A DNA stretch of 64,000 nt, taken from Balamuthia mandrillaris. Lineage: Eukaryota. The notes beneath the pieces were generated by a model that was not told where the DNA came from, searched no databases, and saw nothing but the letters and a program-made list of their open reading frames with translations. The translations under genes and the position numbers were made by a program. Where the stretch lies: the NCBI GenBank assembly GCA_031835245.2, contig JAVKOQ020000041.1, positions 1-64,000 on the forward strand. The letters run 5' to 3'. Shown here one piece after another: positions 50,166-63,402 of this stretch. How positions within the stretch are numbered: position 1 is the first letter of the stretch; each line of letters opens with the position of its first letter.

Positions 50166-50866
50166 TCAAAACTTAGCGATTAGGCGTTGGTGCCAACACC
50201 AAAAAGAGAACCAGCGTTGTTCCTTTTACTTCTTCTATTAACTAAAAGTGATTGTGACTGCGGTGTGAGTGTAGGAGAGATGGAAGCCATCGCTCTTTTT
50301 CTGTGCAACCACTCTCTGCTTTCGTCATCCATACTGCAGATTTGTTTCCCTCCAACATAAAAAGTAACCTGTGGTCAAGGATACCAACCACCCAAGGTAG
50401 TTGATCTAAGCGTCACCTACCTATTTTGGTATTTTATCCGATTGCGGAGAGACTATCTACCAATCGGAAGCAGTCCTGAGTCCAATTATATGATGAACAC
50501 ATCATTATAAAACCCGAAAACAAGGTTTGATGGGCAACAGTCTCCTTTTTCAACTTCGAAAGGGATCACATTTTTGTAACGCAGCATAATCCAAAAAAAA
50601 CGGTTGCGGTGCTGTTCTGTAAAAAAAAAGTGAAGTGATGCTGGTCAATTGTTGCGAAGGAAAAGAGAAGGGCAGCAACATGGATAGAAAGGGAGAAACA
50701 ACATTGGTTTCGCATGTTTCACGCCATCCCAAGCATCAAATTAACTTTGTTGCCTTTGCACGTTCAAAGAAAGATGAAAGAGAGCGAACGAAGAGCAAGA
50801 AGAAAAAAAAGATGACGTTATTTTATCACGTGAAAACGAAAAAAAAAAATAAATAAAACTTTTAAG

Positions 50867-50899
<33 letters not shown>

Positions 50900-50900
<1 letters not shown>

Positions 50901-51340
50901 CAAGTAGCTTTTGGCTTTTGCGTGAACACATGGAACAGGTTCAATCCGCCTTTGTAAAGAATTCCCAAGACCACAAAGGTGCCACCGATGATGGCCGACA
51001 GGCGCGTCAAGAAATGAGGGAATGAAATCGGCGTCTCTGTGTACTTAATCATAAAAGGTGACATCTCCCATTTGAAAAATACACCTGTTTTATGAGTTGA
51101 GAGCATGTAAGAAGTTAGGCGAGAGAAAAAAGAAAAGAAACGAGAACAAACCAGGCAAAGGAGTGGGAGAGTTAGGGGTGATCCTTCGGCGTTCCTCGTG
51201 AACAGAGTATTGAGCGCTTTGAACTATGTTGCCGCTGCGAGTCTCGTAAACGGTCGGCACTACTTTAATGTGGTATGTCACTTGACTCGCTGTTTATTTT
51301 TGTATTAACAAAAAGAGTTATTTCATCTTTTCGGTAGTCA

Positions 51341-51382
<42 letters not shown>

Positions 51383-52778
51383 TCATTTGCAAACAAAAAA
51401 CAAGGGAAAAGAGAATCTAAGCTTACATTCATCAGCAACATAGGCGCCAGCCAAAGCATCCCTACGACTGCGAAAGTGTGGCCCAAAGTTAAAATCGTAA
51501 ATGAAATGGCTGACGTTGAAGCGAAGGTCATTCATGGAGATGGTGTGAACGTGGTGACTGTGTTCGCCGTGGTGGTCGGTGCTGGCTGAACCAGCGGCGA
51601 TGTGCAGGTTGCCTTCCGTCTTCTGGATCAACATGGAGCCTTTCACGTGACATCCCGCAGAAGCACGGGTTGGTGGTGGTCCTGTTTTGGAGAATGTCAG
51701 AAAAAAGAGAGAAACAAAACGAAAGAGAGATGAGATGAGATAAGATGAAAGAGATGAGAGATGAGAGAGAGCAAAGAGACCAATAAAAGAGTACTGACCA
51801 CTGAGGCCCCACCAAAAAGACTTGGCTCTTTCTCTTCCTGATATTTACGAGTATGTGAGGAAGGTTGTAACGGGAGGGAGTGAGGGAGAGGAGTGTCACC
51901 TTTGTGCATCATTTCCAGACCGTCTACGTCCGTCTTTTTGATGTCTCGTTCTCCTCCAGAGATCAGCCTACCAAAAGAGTCTAGTAACTCCACGTTCACT
52001 TCTGCACATCCCAAATTAATAGACAACAAATGTCAAATACGAAGCGTAGCCGACGAAACGAAAGTCACAGAAAGAAGCGAGAAAAGAAAACGGGTGAAGA
52101 AAAGAAAGAGAGACAGAGAGTGACGGAGAGAAAGAGAAAGAGAAAGAGAAAGAGAAAGAGAAAGAGAAAGAGAAAGAGAAAGAGAAAGAGAAAGAGAAAG
52201 AGAAAGAGAAAGAGAAAGAGAAAGAGAAAGAGAAAGAGAAAGAGAAAGAGAAAGAGAAAGAGAAAGAGAAAGAGAGAGAGAGATACACACAAAAGAGACG
52301 AGCTAGATGAGAGAGAGCGAGATGAATGACCTGTGCAACGGAGCATGCCAAAAACGAGGTTGAACTGCAGTCGGAGAGGGTAGTCACGAGTGACGTCCAC
52401 AAACATGGTGTCTTGCCTCGGCGGCGTCAGAAACACAACAATCTCAAACACGAACAACACGAACATCACGAAACAGCCGATCAATGTCACTTTTTTTTGA
52501 AGGAACCAGTTGTTTGAGTGTTTAGTTGAAAGTAGCGATTAAAAAAAACGGACGGAGAAAGAGAGAGGAGGAAGGGGCGGAGACGGGATGAACGAGTTGA
52601 ACGAGACCGGAGGAAAGAGAAGGAAAATAAAATAAAATAAAATGAAAAGAAAAATACCAGCGGCGCCCAAGGAAGCTTTCTCTTTGACGTCATCGGCCGC
52701 CTTGGGAAAGACGTCAAACCGCCGTATCCGCGTGTTCCACGAGCCTTTGCGCGTCGGTTGTGGCGAGAACGACTGCAT
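50900..52778 (-). CDS. ER-Golgi intermediate compartment protein (ERGIC/Erv41/Erv46 family), multi-exon
   Basis: IRRFDVFPKA, MFVDVTR, GNLHIAAG, FNVSHFI..FNFG, YHIKVVPT, QYSV, PGVFFKWEMSP, HFLTRLSAIIGGTF. Confidence 0.93.
52128..52272. repeat. (GAAAGA)n hexanucleotide microsatellite in an ERGIC intron
   Basis: Roughly 24 tandem units. Confidence 0.97.
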
Positions 52779-52984
52779 TACTTCTGCTCCCTCTCTCTCT
52801 TCTGTTTTTTGCTACTTTTTATTTTTCGCTACCATTTTTGCACGAGGAGCCTTCATAAATTGGTACATGTCGACGTGAAATATTAAATCGGTGCCGTGTC
52901 GACGCGGCAAATTTCGTGTCGACACGACATAACCTGATTTAAACAAAAAAGAAAACAAAGAAAGAAAGACAGAAGCGAAAAACA

Positions 52985-55446
52985 ATGTTTGGTGGGATGG
53001 TGGTGGCCGCCAAGACGGCCGGACGAAGGGGTGTGCCTCGTAGTTGTTCTTCTTCGTGTTCGTTTTCTACTGCGCAAGGAAGCCTTTTAGGGAGGAGGAA
53101 CCGTAGCCCTCATCTTGGGGCCGCCTCCACTCTTCCCGCCTCCTCGGTTGCTGCGTATTCCTCCTCCTCCTCCTCCTCCTCCTCCTCCTCGTCTCCCTCC
53201 AAGTGGAGGATTGCTGCCGCCACAGCCACCGCCGCTGCTGCCACCGTTGGTCTCGGCCTTGCTTACCGTCACTGGCAGCAAACGGAGGGCCAACAGGAGG
53301 AGGGCAACGAGGGAGCTCCCACCCCCTCTTCCGTCCTCAACGTCGTCTCAGCGGCCGCTGCTCCCTCCCAACGCAAAGACGCGGTGGTACCTCATGACGG
53401 CAGCTCTTCTTCCTCCTCTCTGTCTTCTTCGCCTCCTTCTCAACCGCTCCACGCACCGTCTTCTCCAAAGAACGCTCGAAAGCACACGAAGAAGAAGGAG
53501 ACCGAAAAAGAGTGGCCGATCTACACGCTGGAAGAGGTCGCCCAACACAAGACGCCGGAGAAGGGCTTCTGGGTGACCTACAAGGAGGGCGTCTACGACA
53601 TCACCGAGTTCCTGCCCACCCATCCCGGCGGCCGCGACAAGATCATGATGGCCGTCGGCGGCTCCGTAGAGCCCTTTTGGGCGCTCTATGCCGTTCACGA
53701 CTCGGAGGAGGTGCGCCGCATGCTGGAGGAGTACCGCATAGGCTCTCTCTCGCCGGCAGATCTGGAGCGCAAGAGAAAGGAGGCGGAGGAGAGGAGAAGA
53801 GGCGCGGGAGAGGAGGGACCCTATGCGCATGAGCCGACGGAGGAGGAGAGGCACCCGGCGTTGGTGGCGGCGTCCAAGAGGCCGTTCAACGCGGAGCCGC
53901 CACTGCAGCTGTTGGCTGACAACTGGATCACGCCCAACGCCTTGTTCTTTGTGAGGAACCATTTGCCGGTGCCATTCATCGACCCGAAGGACTACGTTTT
54001 AGAGGTGGATGTAAGCGGCATTTTTGTTGATGAGAAAGGAGAGAAGAAGGAAGAAGGGAAAGAGGATGGAAAGGAGCAGAAGGTGGTCAAGCTGACGTTG
54101 GAGGACTTGAAGACCAAGTTTGAGAGACATAGTGTGACGGCTACTCTGCAGTGTGCTGGCAATAGGCGCAGCGAAATGAATCCTATCAAGAAGGTTAGAG
54201 GACTTACTTGGGGCAATGCTGGTACCTACCACTTCTTGCGTTGCTTTTTTACTTTTGCCTTCTTAACATTTCTTTTTCCTTTTCTTTCTTCTTGCCACTT
54301 TTGCATTTGTTTATCAGCCATAAGCAATGCTGTATGGACGGGAGTATTGTTGCGAGATGTGTTGAAGTATTGTGGCATCGATGAGAATGGTTCTGGGCAA
54401 CGTCATATCCAGTTTGAAGGGCTAGACACCGATGGAAAGACCTCATACGGAGGTTCCATTCCCATCGAGAAGGCCATCGATCCGAGAGGCGATGTCTTGC
54501 TTGCTTTTGAGATGAACGGTGAGGAACTGCCTCGTGATCATGGATACCCTCTTCGTGTTATTGTTCCTGGCACCGTAAGTTATTTGTATCTGTATTATTG
54601 TTCTCGCTTTCCCTCTGTGAAGTTCTCTCTCTCTCTCTCTCTCTCTCAGTTTTGTACCGTTCCTCTTCTTCCTTCACCTTCATTTCCCTTACGTTCCATT
54701 TGCTGTTTTCGGTTTCACTGCATAAATAGGTAGGAGCAAGAAATGTAAAATGGTTAGGCCGCATAGTGGCCAGCAAGGAAGAAAGCAAAAACTTTTGGCA
54801 AACCAACGACTACAAGGGCTTCTCTCCCAACATCGACTGGGATAATGTGGACTTCAACGCCGCCCCCGCCATTCAGGAACTGCCCGTTCAGTCGGCCATA
54901 TGTTCACCTGCCGATGACGCCTCTATTCCCGCTGATAGTGAGGACATCACTATCAAGGGATACGCTTGGAGCGGCGGTGGCAGGGGCATCATTCGGGTGG
55001 ATGTCTCTTTGGATGATGGTCGCACCTGGCAGCCGGCTGAGCTGAAACCGAAACCACAGGAGCAGCCTTACAATCGGTTTGTTCGCTTTTTTTTTGCTTC
55101 TTCATTCTTACCTTACTTATCCTCTTTTCCTATTTCTCTTCGATGTGCTTGTCTAATGTTGCTTTTGTGCTCTCCTTCTCCTTTCTCCTTTCCCTTTTCT
55201 CCTTTCTGCATGATGGGCAACAGAACCTGGGCGTGGACATTGTGGGAATTAACGGTACCGATCCCAAAAGATCACCAAGGCGATCTAACCATTTGCTGCA
55301 AAGCCATCGACTCTTCCTACAACGTGCAACCGGACACAGTGGCTCCCATTTGGAACTTGCGCGGTGTGCTCTCCAACGCTTGGCACCGAGTCAAAGTGCA
55401 TGTTCCCAAAGAAGAGGGAGATGAAGACAAGGGAGAACAAGAGTAA
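52985..55446 (+). CDS. SUOX: Sulfite oxidase, animal type (presequence, cytochrome b5, Moco and dimerisation domains), 4 exons
   Basis: [83 protein letters not shown]. Confidence 0.97.
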
Positions 55447-55552
55447 CTTTCATTCGTATGTACGTTTTATTTTTCTTATGTATTGCTTTCGTTGTGAGCG
55501 CAATCGTCTGTTTGCTATTCTTTCTTTATTCTTTCTGTCGCTGTTCTTGTGT

Positions 55553-56434
55553 CTACTTTCTGTACTCTTGCGTTAAGAAAGCATCGAGAACGGCCAAAGC
55601 CTCGGGCATGTTCTTTCTTCCATAGCCAACACGGAAGTGATCGTCTCCAAAGTCAAAACACGTCGATGGAAGCAACAACACTCCACATCCTTTCACCACT
55701 CTCTCACAAAACGCTTTTGCTCCCTCGCCTTCGTCTCCAGCTCTCAGCAACCGAACAAAAGCAACCGAACCTGCCTTTGGTTTATGCCAAGAGAACAAGG
55801 AGGAATGCTTCGTGATGAAGGCGTCCAAAAGTTGAAGATTGGAGCGGACGACGGAGAGGTTTCTTTGAAGAATGGCGCGACGTTGTTTGAGCGCTATCGT
55901 GGCCAGATATTCGCTTGGCGCGCTGCTGCATATTGTCGTGTAGTCTACGTTGCGTTTGGTTTTGGTTTTGTATGAGAAAGGAAGGAAGTAGGAAGAAGGA
56001 AAAGAGAAGGAAAAGAAGACATGGACGGGTGTGAGTGCACCTTTCAAAGCAGCCATGGCATCTAAAGCTTTCTCATCTCTGCATGCCAACCACCCAATCT
56101 TTTCTCCATCACAATCAAGCAAAAGAAGTCAGAAGAAAAGAAGAAGGAAGCAGGAAGCAGGAAGAAAGAACCATACACGCAAACCAGGCAAACCAAAACC
56201 TTTGGAGAGCGCCCCCAAAGAGACTCCTTTCTCGTAGATGTGAGCCACGCATGGCAAACGGTCCGCTTCATCGTGTTCCAGCATACGATAAGCCTCATCC
56301 GAAAAGACCCAAAGGTCATGCTTTCTTGCCACCTATTCAATGCACGAGAGAGAGAGAAGAGAGAGAAGAGAGAGAGAGAGAGAGAGAAGCGAGAGATGTC
56401 AGGAAAGAGAATAGAAGAGGTAGGCGCGAATGAA

Positions 56435-56469
<35 letters not shown>

Positions 56470-57321
56470 AACGTCGATAATGTGGTGCAAAGCTTCATGG
56501 CTGATGTGATAGCCGGTTGGGTTGTGAGGAGAGGAAATGACGATCGCTTTTGTCTCGGCTATTGTCAGAGATAAAAAAGTTATTTGTGGTAAGCAAGGTA
56601 AATAGCAAGGAGGAAAGAGACAAACGTTTGATGTTGCGTTCGAGGAAGTCGACGTCCAACGACCAGCCATGCTCTTCTTGGGCCACCCATTTGGTAATGC
56701 TACAACCGGCCTCCTCTGCCACTGCGTAGTGCGACATGTAGCATGGATACTGCACTACATATTGATAAGCGATAAGCGAGTGGAGGCGAGAGCAGCAGAG
56801 CAGCAGAGCAGAGCAGCAGAATGAAAGAAGAGCAGAACAGGGCAGCTAAGAGAGGTACCGATGATATGGTCCCCAGGACGAAACAAAGCCGAAAAGAACA
56901 GGAAGATGCCTTCTTGGCCAGCGTTGAGGAGCAGATGGCCCGCCGTCAGCTGGCTCGCTCCCCTCCCTTCCTCTGCGGTAACGCTCTCGGACAAGCACTC
57001 CGCAAGCAGCTTTCGAAGTTGGGGCGAGCCTTTGGTCTCCGTGTAGCCCAAACGCAGCGACAACAGCCCTTCCAGCACAGCTTCGGAGCCCTCCTCTTCC
57101 ATCGCCAACAACTCAGCGACGGTCATGCTTTCGCAGTCGGACACGCACAACAGATGCTTTGCTGTAAATTCCTATTACGGTTGAGGTACACACGTTGGAG
57201 TGAAATGCGAAACAAACATTCAAAAGCGAGGGGGTCATCATCATACATGCAAAGCAAAGTATCGTTCCAGCTCGAAGGGAGCCTTCAGCCCGTGCTGCTT
57301 CTGCTGCTTCTCCCTCCCCAT
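55553..57321 (-). CDS. PLP-dependent class I/II aminotransferase (capreomycidine-synthase-like subfamily), multi-exon
   Basis: FELERYFA, SDCES, LGYTETKG, PHNPTG, SDEAYR, LSKGFGLPGLRIGW (PLP Lys), GVLLLP, HFRVGYGR. Confidence 0.92.
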
Positions 57322-57632
57322 TGCGTCGCTCTGTCTCTCTCAGCTGTCGTTGTTATCGGAAAGTATCATGACGTCACGACGATGTTGCGGCTGACGTCAC
57401 CTGCAGCCAAAAGAAAACGGATTTGCCCAAGGCGGGAATCCATGCCGCTCCGAATCTTGTCTGCAGGAAACATCTCTTGAGGTGTGGACAAACCGTCCCT
57501 ACCAGGCAAGAACAGCCGATTTCCCTCCCCTACCCTAATTTAAAAAGGGGGAAAGAGAAGAGAAGCGCTGCGAAGAAGAAAGACGGGGACACCACCCACC
57601 CACCCACCCAACCATCCCCCCCCTTGTCATTG

Positions 57633-59158
57633 ATGTCATCTTCCGCACACCACAGCGACAGCGGTGGAAGCTCCGCAACAACGACAACGACAACGGCTAC
57701 GACTACTACTCCAACCACCACCACGACTACGGTCATTAGTCCCAGCTCTTCTTCTTCTTCTTCTGGTGCTGCTTCCAGTTCTTCCGCCCCCAAGGCATCT
57801 CCCTCCTCCAAGCTGCAACAACAACAACAAAAAGGTGGCAGCTCCGCTGTCGCAGCCCCCTCCTCCTCCGGAGCAGCGACGGGCAAAGCGGCTGCCAATC
57901 TGAACCTCGGGGTGGCAGCGAGCACCAGCAGTAGCAACGCCACCACGGCCACCTGCACCTCCATCTCCGCCTCGCCCACCTCCTCCCGCTCCTCTTCGCC
58001 TTGCAGCACCCCTCCTCCTTCCTCCTCCCCGCTGCTGATCGTGGAGCAGGCTCCCACCGGCGCTGCTTCTGCTTATTCTGGCTCCACCCCGCCCATGTCC
58101 ATCCAGTCGTCGGGCTCGCAGCCGCCTTCCTTCGGGTTGGGGGGAGGACCGTCCTCCTCCTCCTCCTCGCCCTCCTCTTCTTCTGCCTCCTTGCTTTATA
58201 CTCCAAGCCACGGGCATGCTTCTAGCGGCGGCGGAGGAGGAGGAGGCACGACGCATGCTGCCTCCGCCTCCGCTTATTCGACCTCGAGGGCGGGACGAAG
58301 TCTGCCAAAGTCTTCCTCGGGTCGATCGTTGGACGTTAATAAACTTCGAGAAAAGTTACAGGTGCGTTTCTCTCTCTTCTATTGTTTGGTTTCTCTTTGA
58401 CTTTTGTCTCCTTTTTCTCCCTCCTTTCTTCTCTCTTCCTTCTCTCTTTCTCTCTTTCTCTCTTTCTCAAACCAACCAACCTAACAAACAAGCAAACAAA
58501 TAGGAGGTCAAGAAGCTCGACAAGCTCAATGACAACAAAAAGTTACAGGAGCATTTGAGCTTTTTGATGGATCAAGAAGAGATGCTCCGCCAAAAGATCG
58601 AAAAGCTTACCCTGCCGCTCTCCTCCTCCTCTCCCTCGTCTCGCTCTTCCTCCCCTCCCCTCTCTCCTAAATCGCAGAGAAGGACGGCCTCTCCCAGCCT
58701 TACTCCCACCACTTCCTTTACTTCTGCCTTCTCTTCATCCTCCTCATCTGGTGCTTCTTCAGCTGCAACAGCAGCAGGAGGCAGCGGCAACACCAGCAAT
58801 AATAACAACTCGGTGATGGCTTACGAGAAGTTGTTGGCGGAGATAACATCTGAGATAAGCGCTTTGAAGGAGATCTGTGGGACCAAGTCACGGCGCACCT
58901 CTCACAAGCGAACTGGCTCCAGCATAGGCCTGTTAAAGAGTTTGTTTCTCTCTTTCTCTCTGTTAATGTCACCATTTTCGTAACCTCATATCCATAAAGG
59001 TGCAAGAGACAAGGATCATGATTTGACTACAGAAGAGAGCTTTACCGGCGCCGAGTACTCTTTCATGAGCGAAGTGGACACAGAGTCTTTTGAAGGTTTG
59101 TAACCTGCTCTATTTTTTATTTGAAAACAAACGAAACTGTTCCATAACAAAACGCCAC

Positions 59159-59197
<39 letters not shown>

Positions 59198-61962
59198 TCC
59201 CTCTCTTCCCCATCTAGATTTTAGCGATGATGAAGGTAAGTTCTGCTCACCTATACATTTGTTTGTGTTCTTCCACTCATCCACTCATTCTTTTTTTTTG
59301 TTCTCTCTCTCTCTCTCTCTCCCTCCCTCTCTTCATTTTGCAGAACACGAAAAGGAAGATACGTTCAGTTGGAACACTCTCTTTCAAAACTTGTGGGAGG
59401 AGTCTCCCTCCAAGGAAAGAGAAAGCAAGTGGCAGGCCCTCGCTCAAGACTTTATCCACAACGCCACTACTTACGGCAAGATTATCATCTCTGAAACCTT
59501 TGTCAACAGCAAGCACAAGACCATAAAACCTCTTTCCTGTGGTGGCGAAGATAGTAGCCTCGAAGCGGCCAAACTTCAAAGGTTACTGTTGCTTCTTTAC
59601 TTTAGTTCTTTCTTTTCCTTTCTGGTTTCTTTTTCTTTTTGGGTCTAACATTATTGGAGTAGTGCCAACTTGGGCTTTGAGCGTTATCGTCATAAAGGCA
59701 TCCTCTATACTCTCTTCATGGACTCACAAAAGACGTATGGCTCCAATCAGAATGCGATGAAAATGGGCTCTCATGAGATCCTTGGCTGCAAATCGTTTGT
59801 TAATTGCAAAGTTCCCGCCCTTCACTTTCCATTCCTTGTACAGATTGACTTCCAGGGCTTTCGTATTGTTGCTCATTCTGGTATCTTTCTTTTTTTTTTC
59901 CTTTCTTTTCTTTCCTTTCCCTCTTCTTTCTTTCTTCTTTCTTCTGTCTTTTTGCTTTTTCTAGAGACGCGTTATCCTTCTTTTTTAACAACTTTTTTGG
60001 TTTTCTTGTTAGAACTTCCAATCAACGAAAGAACCCTCATTTACGGCAGCAGTGATGGACTTAGCGTATACAACGAGAACGTTAAGTTTAGCAAGAAGAT
60101 GCAACAAGCTGCCTCCAAGATGAACCTAAAGAAACATCTTGTAGGCAATAAGGAATTATGTTTTAACTCTGAAATCGAAGGCCATTATGGAGTGGTTCGT
60201 TATTGCTCTAAATTTCCTGTTGCTATTCTTGTATTAACTATGCCTGCTTTCTTTCTTTTGTTGCTTTGTTACAGGACGGGAGGTTCTACGTAAAAGAATT
60301 TGCTGGTATAATGCCTCCCGAAACTCCCGAACGAGGGTACATCTCCTCTCTCTCTCTCTCTCTCTCTCTCATGTTCACTCTCCGTCTTTCACTCTCTCTT
60401 CTTCAATATAATTGAACCTATTTTTGCAGAACACAACACACAGGCCTATGCAATCGTCTAAGGCCAGAGTTTGTCCGCAGTTCGTGCCTTTCTCTTCTCT
60501 TTCTTATTCTTTCTTTCTCTAAACTCTCTTTCAAAAACACAGATAATCCCAGTCCTCTCTCCTCTGATGCCTTCTCCAAATTTGGCATGCAACGACCGGA
60601 GAACAACCAAGAAATAATGGAAGCCACCAAACGTTTACACAACGAAACCATTCCCCAATTCGCGACTTGGTTGGATGGCAAAGACTCCAAATGGCTGTCC
60701 TCCAAGTTTGTGGGAGAGGAGATTGCTGCTGTCATTCACAAACACGGCATCAACTTGAGGAAGTTGGGCCTCATTAGGGCCAAGTGCCGTGCTAAGCAAG
60801 TGAGGAGCATTTTGTTACAGGAAATTGTTGCCAGAACCATCAAGAACAAACTAAGAGCCAACTTGAGGTTTCCTTTCCTTCTTCCCTTTTGTTTAGTTTA
60901 CTCCTCCTTTTTATTCGTTTCTTTGTTTTTTCTTATTCTTCAAAAAATGTACGCAAACAAAAACATTCAAATAGAACAAAGACAAGAGAGTCACCGCCAA
61001 TGCTGCTGACACCAGTACAAAACTCAGTGGTAGATTTTCTCAACTTAGTCTTTGGCAAGACTAAAGCTAGCAAAAACTTTTGGACCAAAGAGCTAGCCTA
61101 CCTCATTCAACACGACTTCCCCAAGGCTCTATCAGAGCAGGAGCTCAACGAGTCCACCACAACGATGATTGTAGACTTGAGAGGAACATTTGGCGGCCCC
61201 AACAATGCTGCGGAAAAAGGGCAAAAGAAAGAGGGAGAGGAGGAAGACACAGACGAGGAAGAGGAAGAGAGCGACGAGGACGAGGATTCTACCGCTGATG
61301 AGGAGGACGAGGAGGAATTTGTGGAGAGAAGTGAAAGGGTTGAAAGAAGGGCATCCATGTCGTTAGCTTCTACTTCTTCCTCTTCGTCTGCTTCAACCGC
61401 TTCCGCTGCAAGTGGGAGCGCGATTTATGGGAGAGAGAAAAAGGACAATACCAGCACGAATAATAACAACAACAAAGCAGAAAGAGGAAAGAAGAAGGAA
61501 GAGAAAAAGAAGAAAAAGGAGGAGAAGAAGAGAAAACAGGAGGAGAGAAAGAAGGAGCGACAAAAGCAAAAAGTGGAGAAAGGAAGGGAGAAAGAGAAAG
61601 TGAAGCAACAACGCTCCTCCACCAAGCTTCAACACCCCCTCCCCAACATCTCCTCCCTTCCCCCACACCAACAAAAAGAGAAAGAGAACGCAGCCCTCAA
61701 CGCCAACAACAACAATAATCCCAACACAACCAACGAAGAAGAGGACGAGGCGATGATGTCGGCCAGCGTGTTGGATATGGTCTCTCTCTTCCGGCGCGTG
61801 CTCAGCCTGAGCGGCGTCCTGTTGGCCGTGAAACCGCAGCAGGAATTTTTGGAGTCGCCCAACTCGGGCCTGTGGCTGTATTATCAGGACATTGTTGGCC
61901 TGCAGACCAGGGTCAAGTTTTTGAACTCGGAGGGAAACATGGTGCAGCGTATGTTTTTGTGA
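57633..61962 (+). CDS. Clu-domain (clustered-mitochondria-like) protein with long low-complexity N-terminus, multi-exon; 3' end uncertain
   Basis: WNTLFQ, LAQDFIHNATTYGKIIISE, AMKMGSHEILG, IDFQGFRIVA, TLIYGSSDG, EIEGHYG.DGRFY, LRPEFV, PLSSDAFS, IHKHGINLRKLG, LLQEIVARTIKN. Confidence 0.85.
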
Positions 61963-62139
61963 GGCGAAAATGGTTTTGGGAAAGAGAAGACTGACTTGGA
62001 GTGGAGTGGAGTGGAGTGGAGTGGATAGCATATTATAATACCGTTTTTATTTTGTTATAATAATTTCTTATTTTTTCGATTTGTCGGCAGAAAGAAGGAA
62101 GGAAATAAATAAACGCGTCTCTTTGGCAAACTGGCCACC

Positions 62140-63347
62140 ATGCGCCGCTTCAGCAGGACGGGCATGATGCTCAGCGTGCTGCTGTCCGTTGCTGCCATTG
62201 TATGGATGAGCCATCTCGTAGACCGGCTCCATCGGCAGCAGGCGCAAGGACGGGAACGAAGAACCCTGGAGCAGTTTTCGCTCCAGGAGCTTGCGAAGGA
62301 TCCCTCAGCAGCAACGAGGGAGCACAAACGGGAAGAGGAAGCGAACAAACGGCCTGGTACCGCAACCCCCATTGCTCGGTTTGCCCTTTTTGCGCTGTAC
62401 AGAAGCGGGAGCCATTGGCTACAACGAGTATGTTATTTATTCTTTTTTTGAAACCCTGCATTGCGCAACCTGCAACCTGCGTGCTCCTTATACTTGCCTC
62501 CCACTTAGCTTTTGGAAAGTCATCCTGTCGGACTAAAACTGGACCGACTGCCGCTTCAGAAACGCGAGATTGCACCAGAAAAGCTCGCTGTGGAAGCTGC
62601 TCTCGATAATCTCTTCGGTCCTCTGGGGTTTGACGGTTTCGTACTTCTCGTAAGTTTCCCTCTCTTTCTGTTGTCTCTCTTTTCTCCTTTTCTGATGAGC
62701 GCGCTCTCACTCTTGCTTGCTTTGCATCCAAGAACGAGTACAGAGGCTTTCCCGACCTGTTTCCAATCCTGAAAGCAAAAGACATTTCCGTCATCTTCCT
62801 CCGAAGAGAAGATCACTTGGCCTCCTTCATCTCCCTCCACTCCCAACTGGAACTTCTGAGCAGGGACCCAACCATCCGTTGGACGTGCGAGGAGGAGGCT
62901 TGCAAAGAGAGAGCAAACAGCGTTCTGCTGAGGAACCACAACCCGCAACAAGTTTTCAAGTGGTGTAAGCAGCGGGAGTTGGAGCAGAAACGACAGCGTA
63001 GGCTGCTGCAAAGGGTACCGTTGTTGTTTTGTTCTGTGGCGCCCTGCGCGTTGTCCTCTCTGTGCACGTCCCGCTTAACAGCTGTTTTCAAGGAGAATCT
63101 CAGGTACATCGAAGTTACTTACGATGAGCTGATGAGCAACACCAAAGCGACACTCTGCGAGGTGTTCCGGTTTCTCGGCCTGCAGGAATGTTGGTTCGAT
63201 CATGATGGGGTGCGAGAGAGGAAGGTCCACGACAAGCCCAAGTCTGAATACTTTGATAACTGGCCGGAGATTGTGGAGGCGTTTCGAGACACGTCCTTTG
63301 GTTGGATGGTCGGCGTGGAGGAAGCGCCTAATAAAAAAAAGAAATAA
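62140..63347 (+). CDS. Type II membrane sulfotransferase (Stf0-like), multi-exon
   Basis: TM helix, FALFALYRSGSHWLQRLLESHP (5'-PSB), VIFLRRED.LASFIS (3'-PB), VTYDEL..VFRFLG. Confidence 0.8.
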
Positions 63348-63402
63348 CTTGCAACCAACAAAACATGTTGACCGTTACAACAAAATAGCAGGAGGAGAAG
63401 AT

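Noticed and set aside
52016..52402. ORFs with poly-SF, poly-RK or poly-LS tracts (also poly-ER and LPSF ORFs elsewhere)
   Set aside because: These are translations of intronic microsatellites.
57367..57400. TGACGTCA (CRE-like) palindromes here and at 10833
   Set aside because: Plausible bZIP sites in divergent promoters, but too few and too generic to call.
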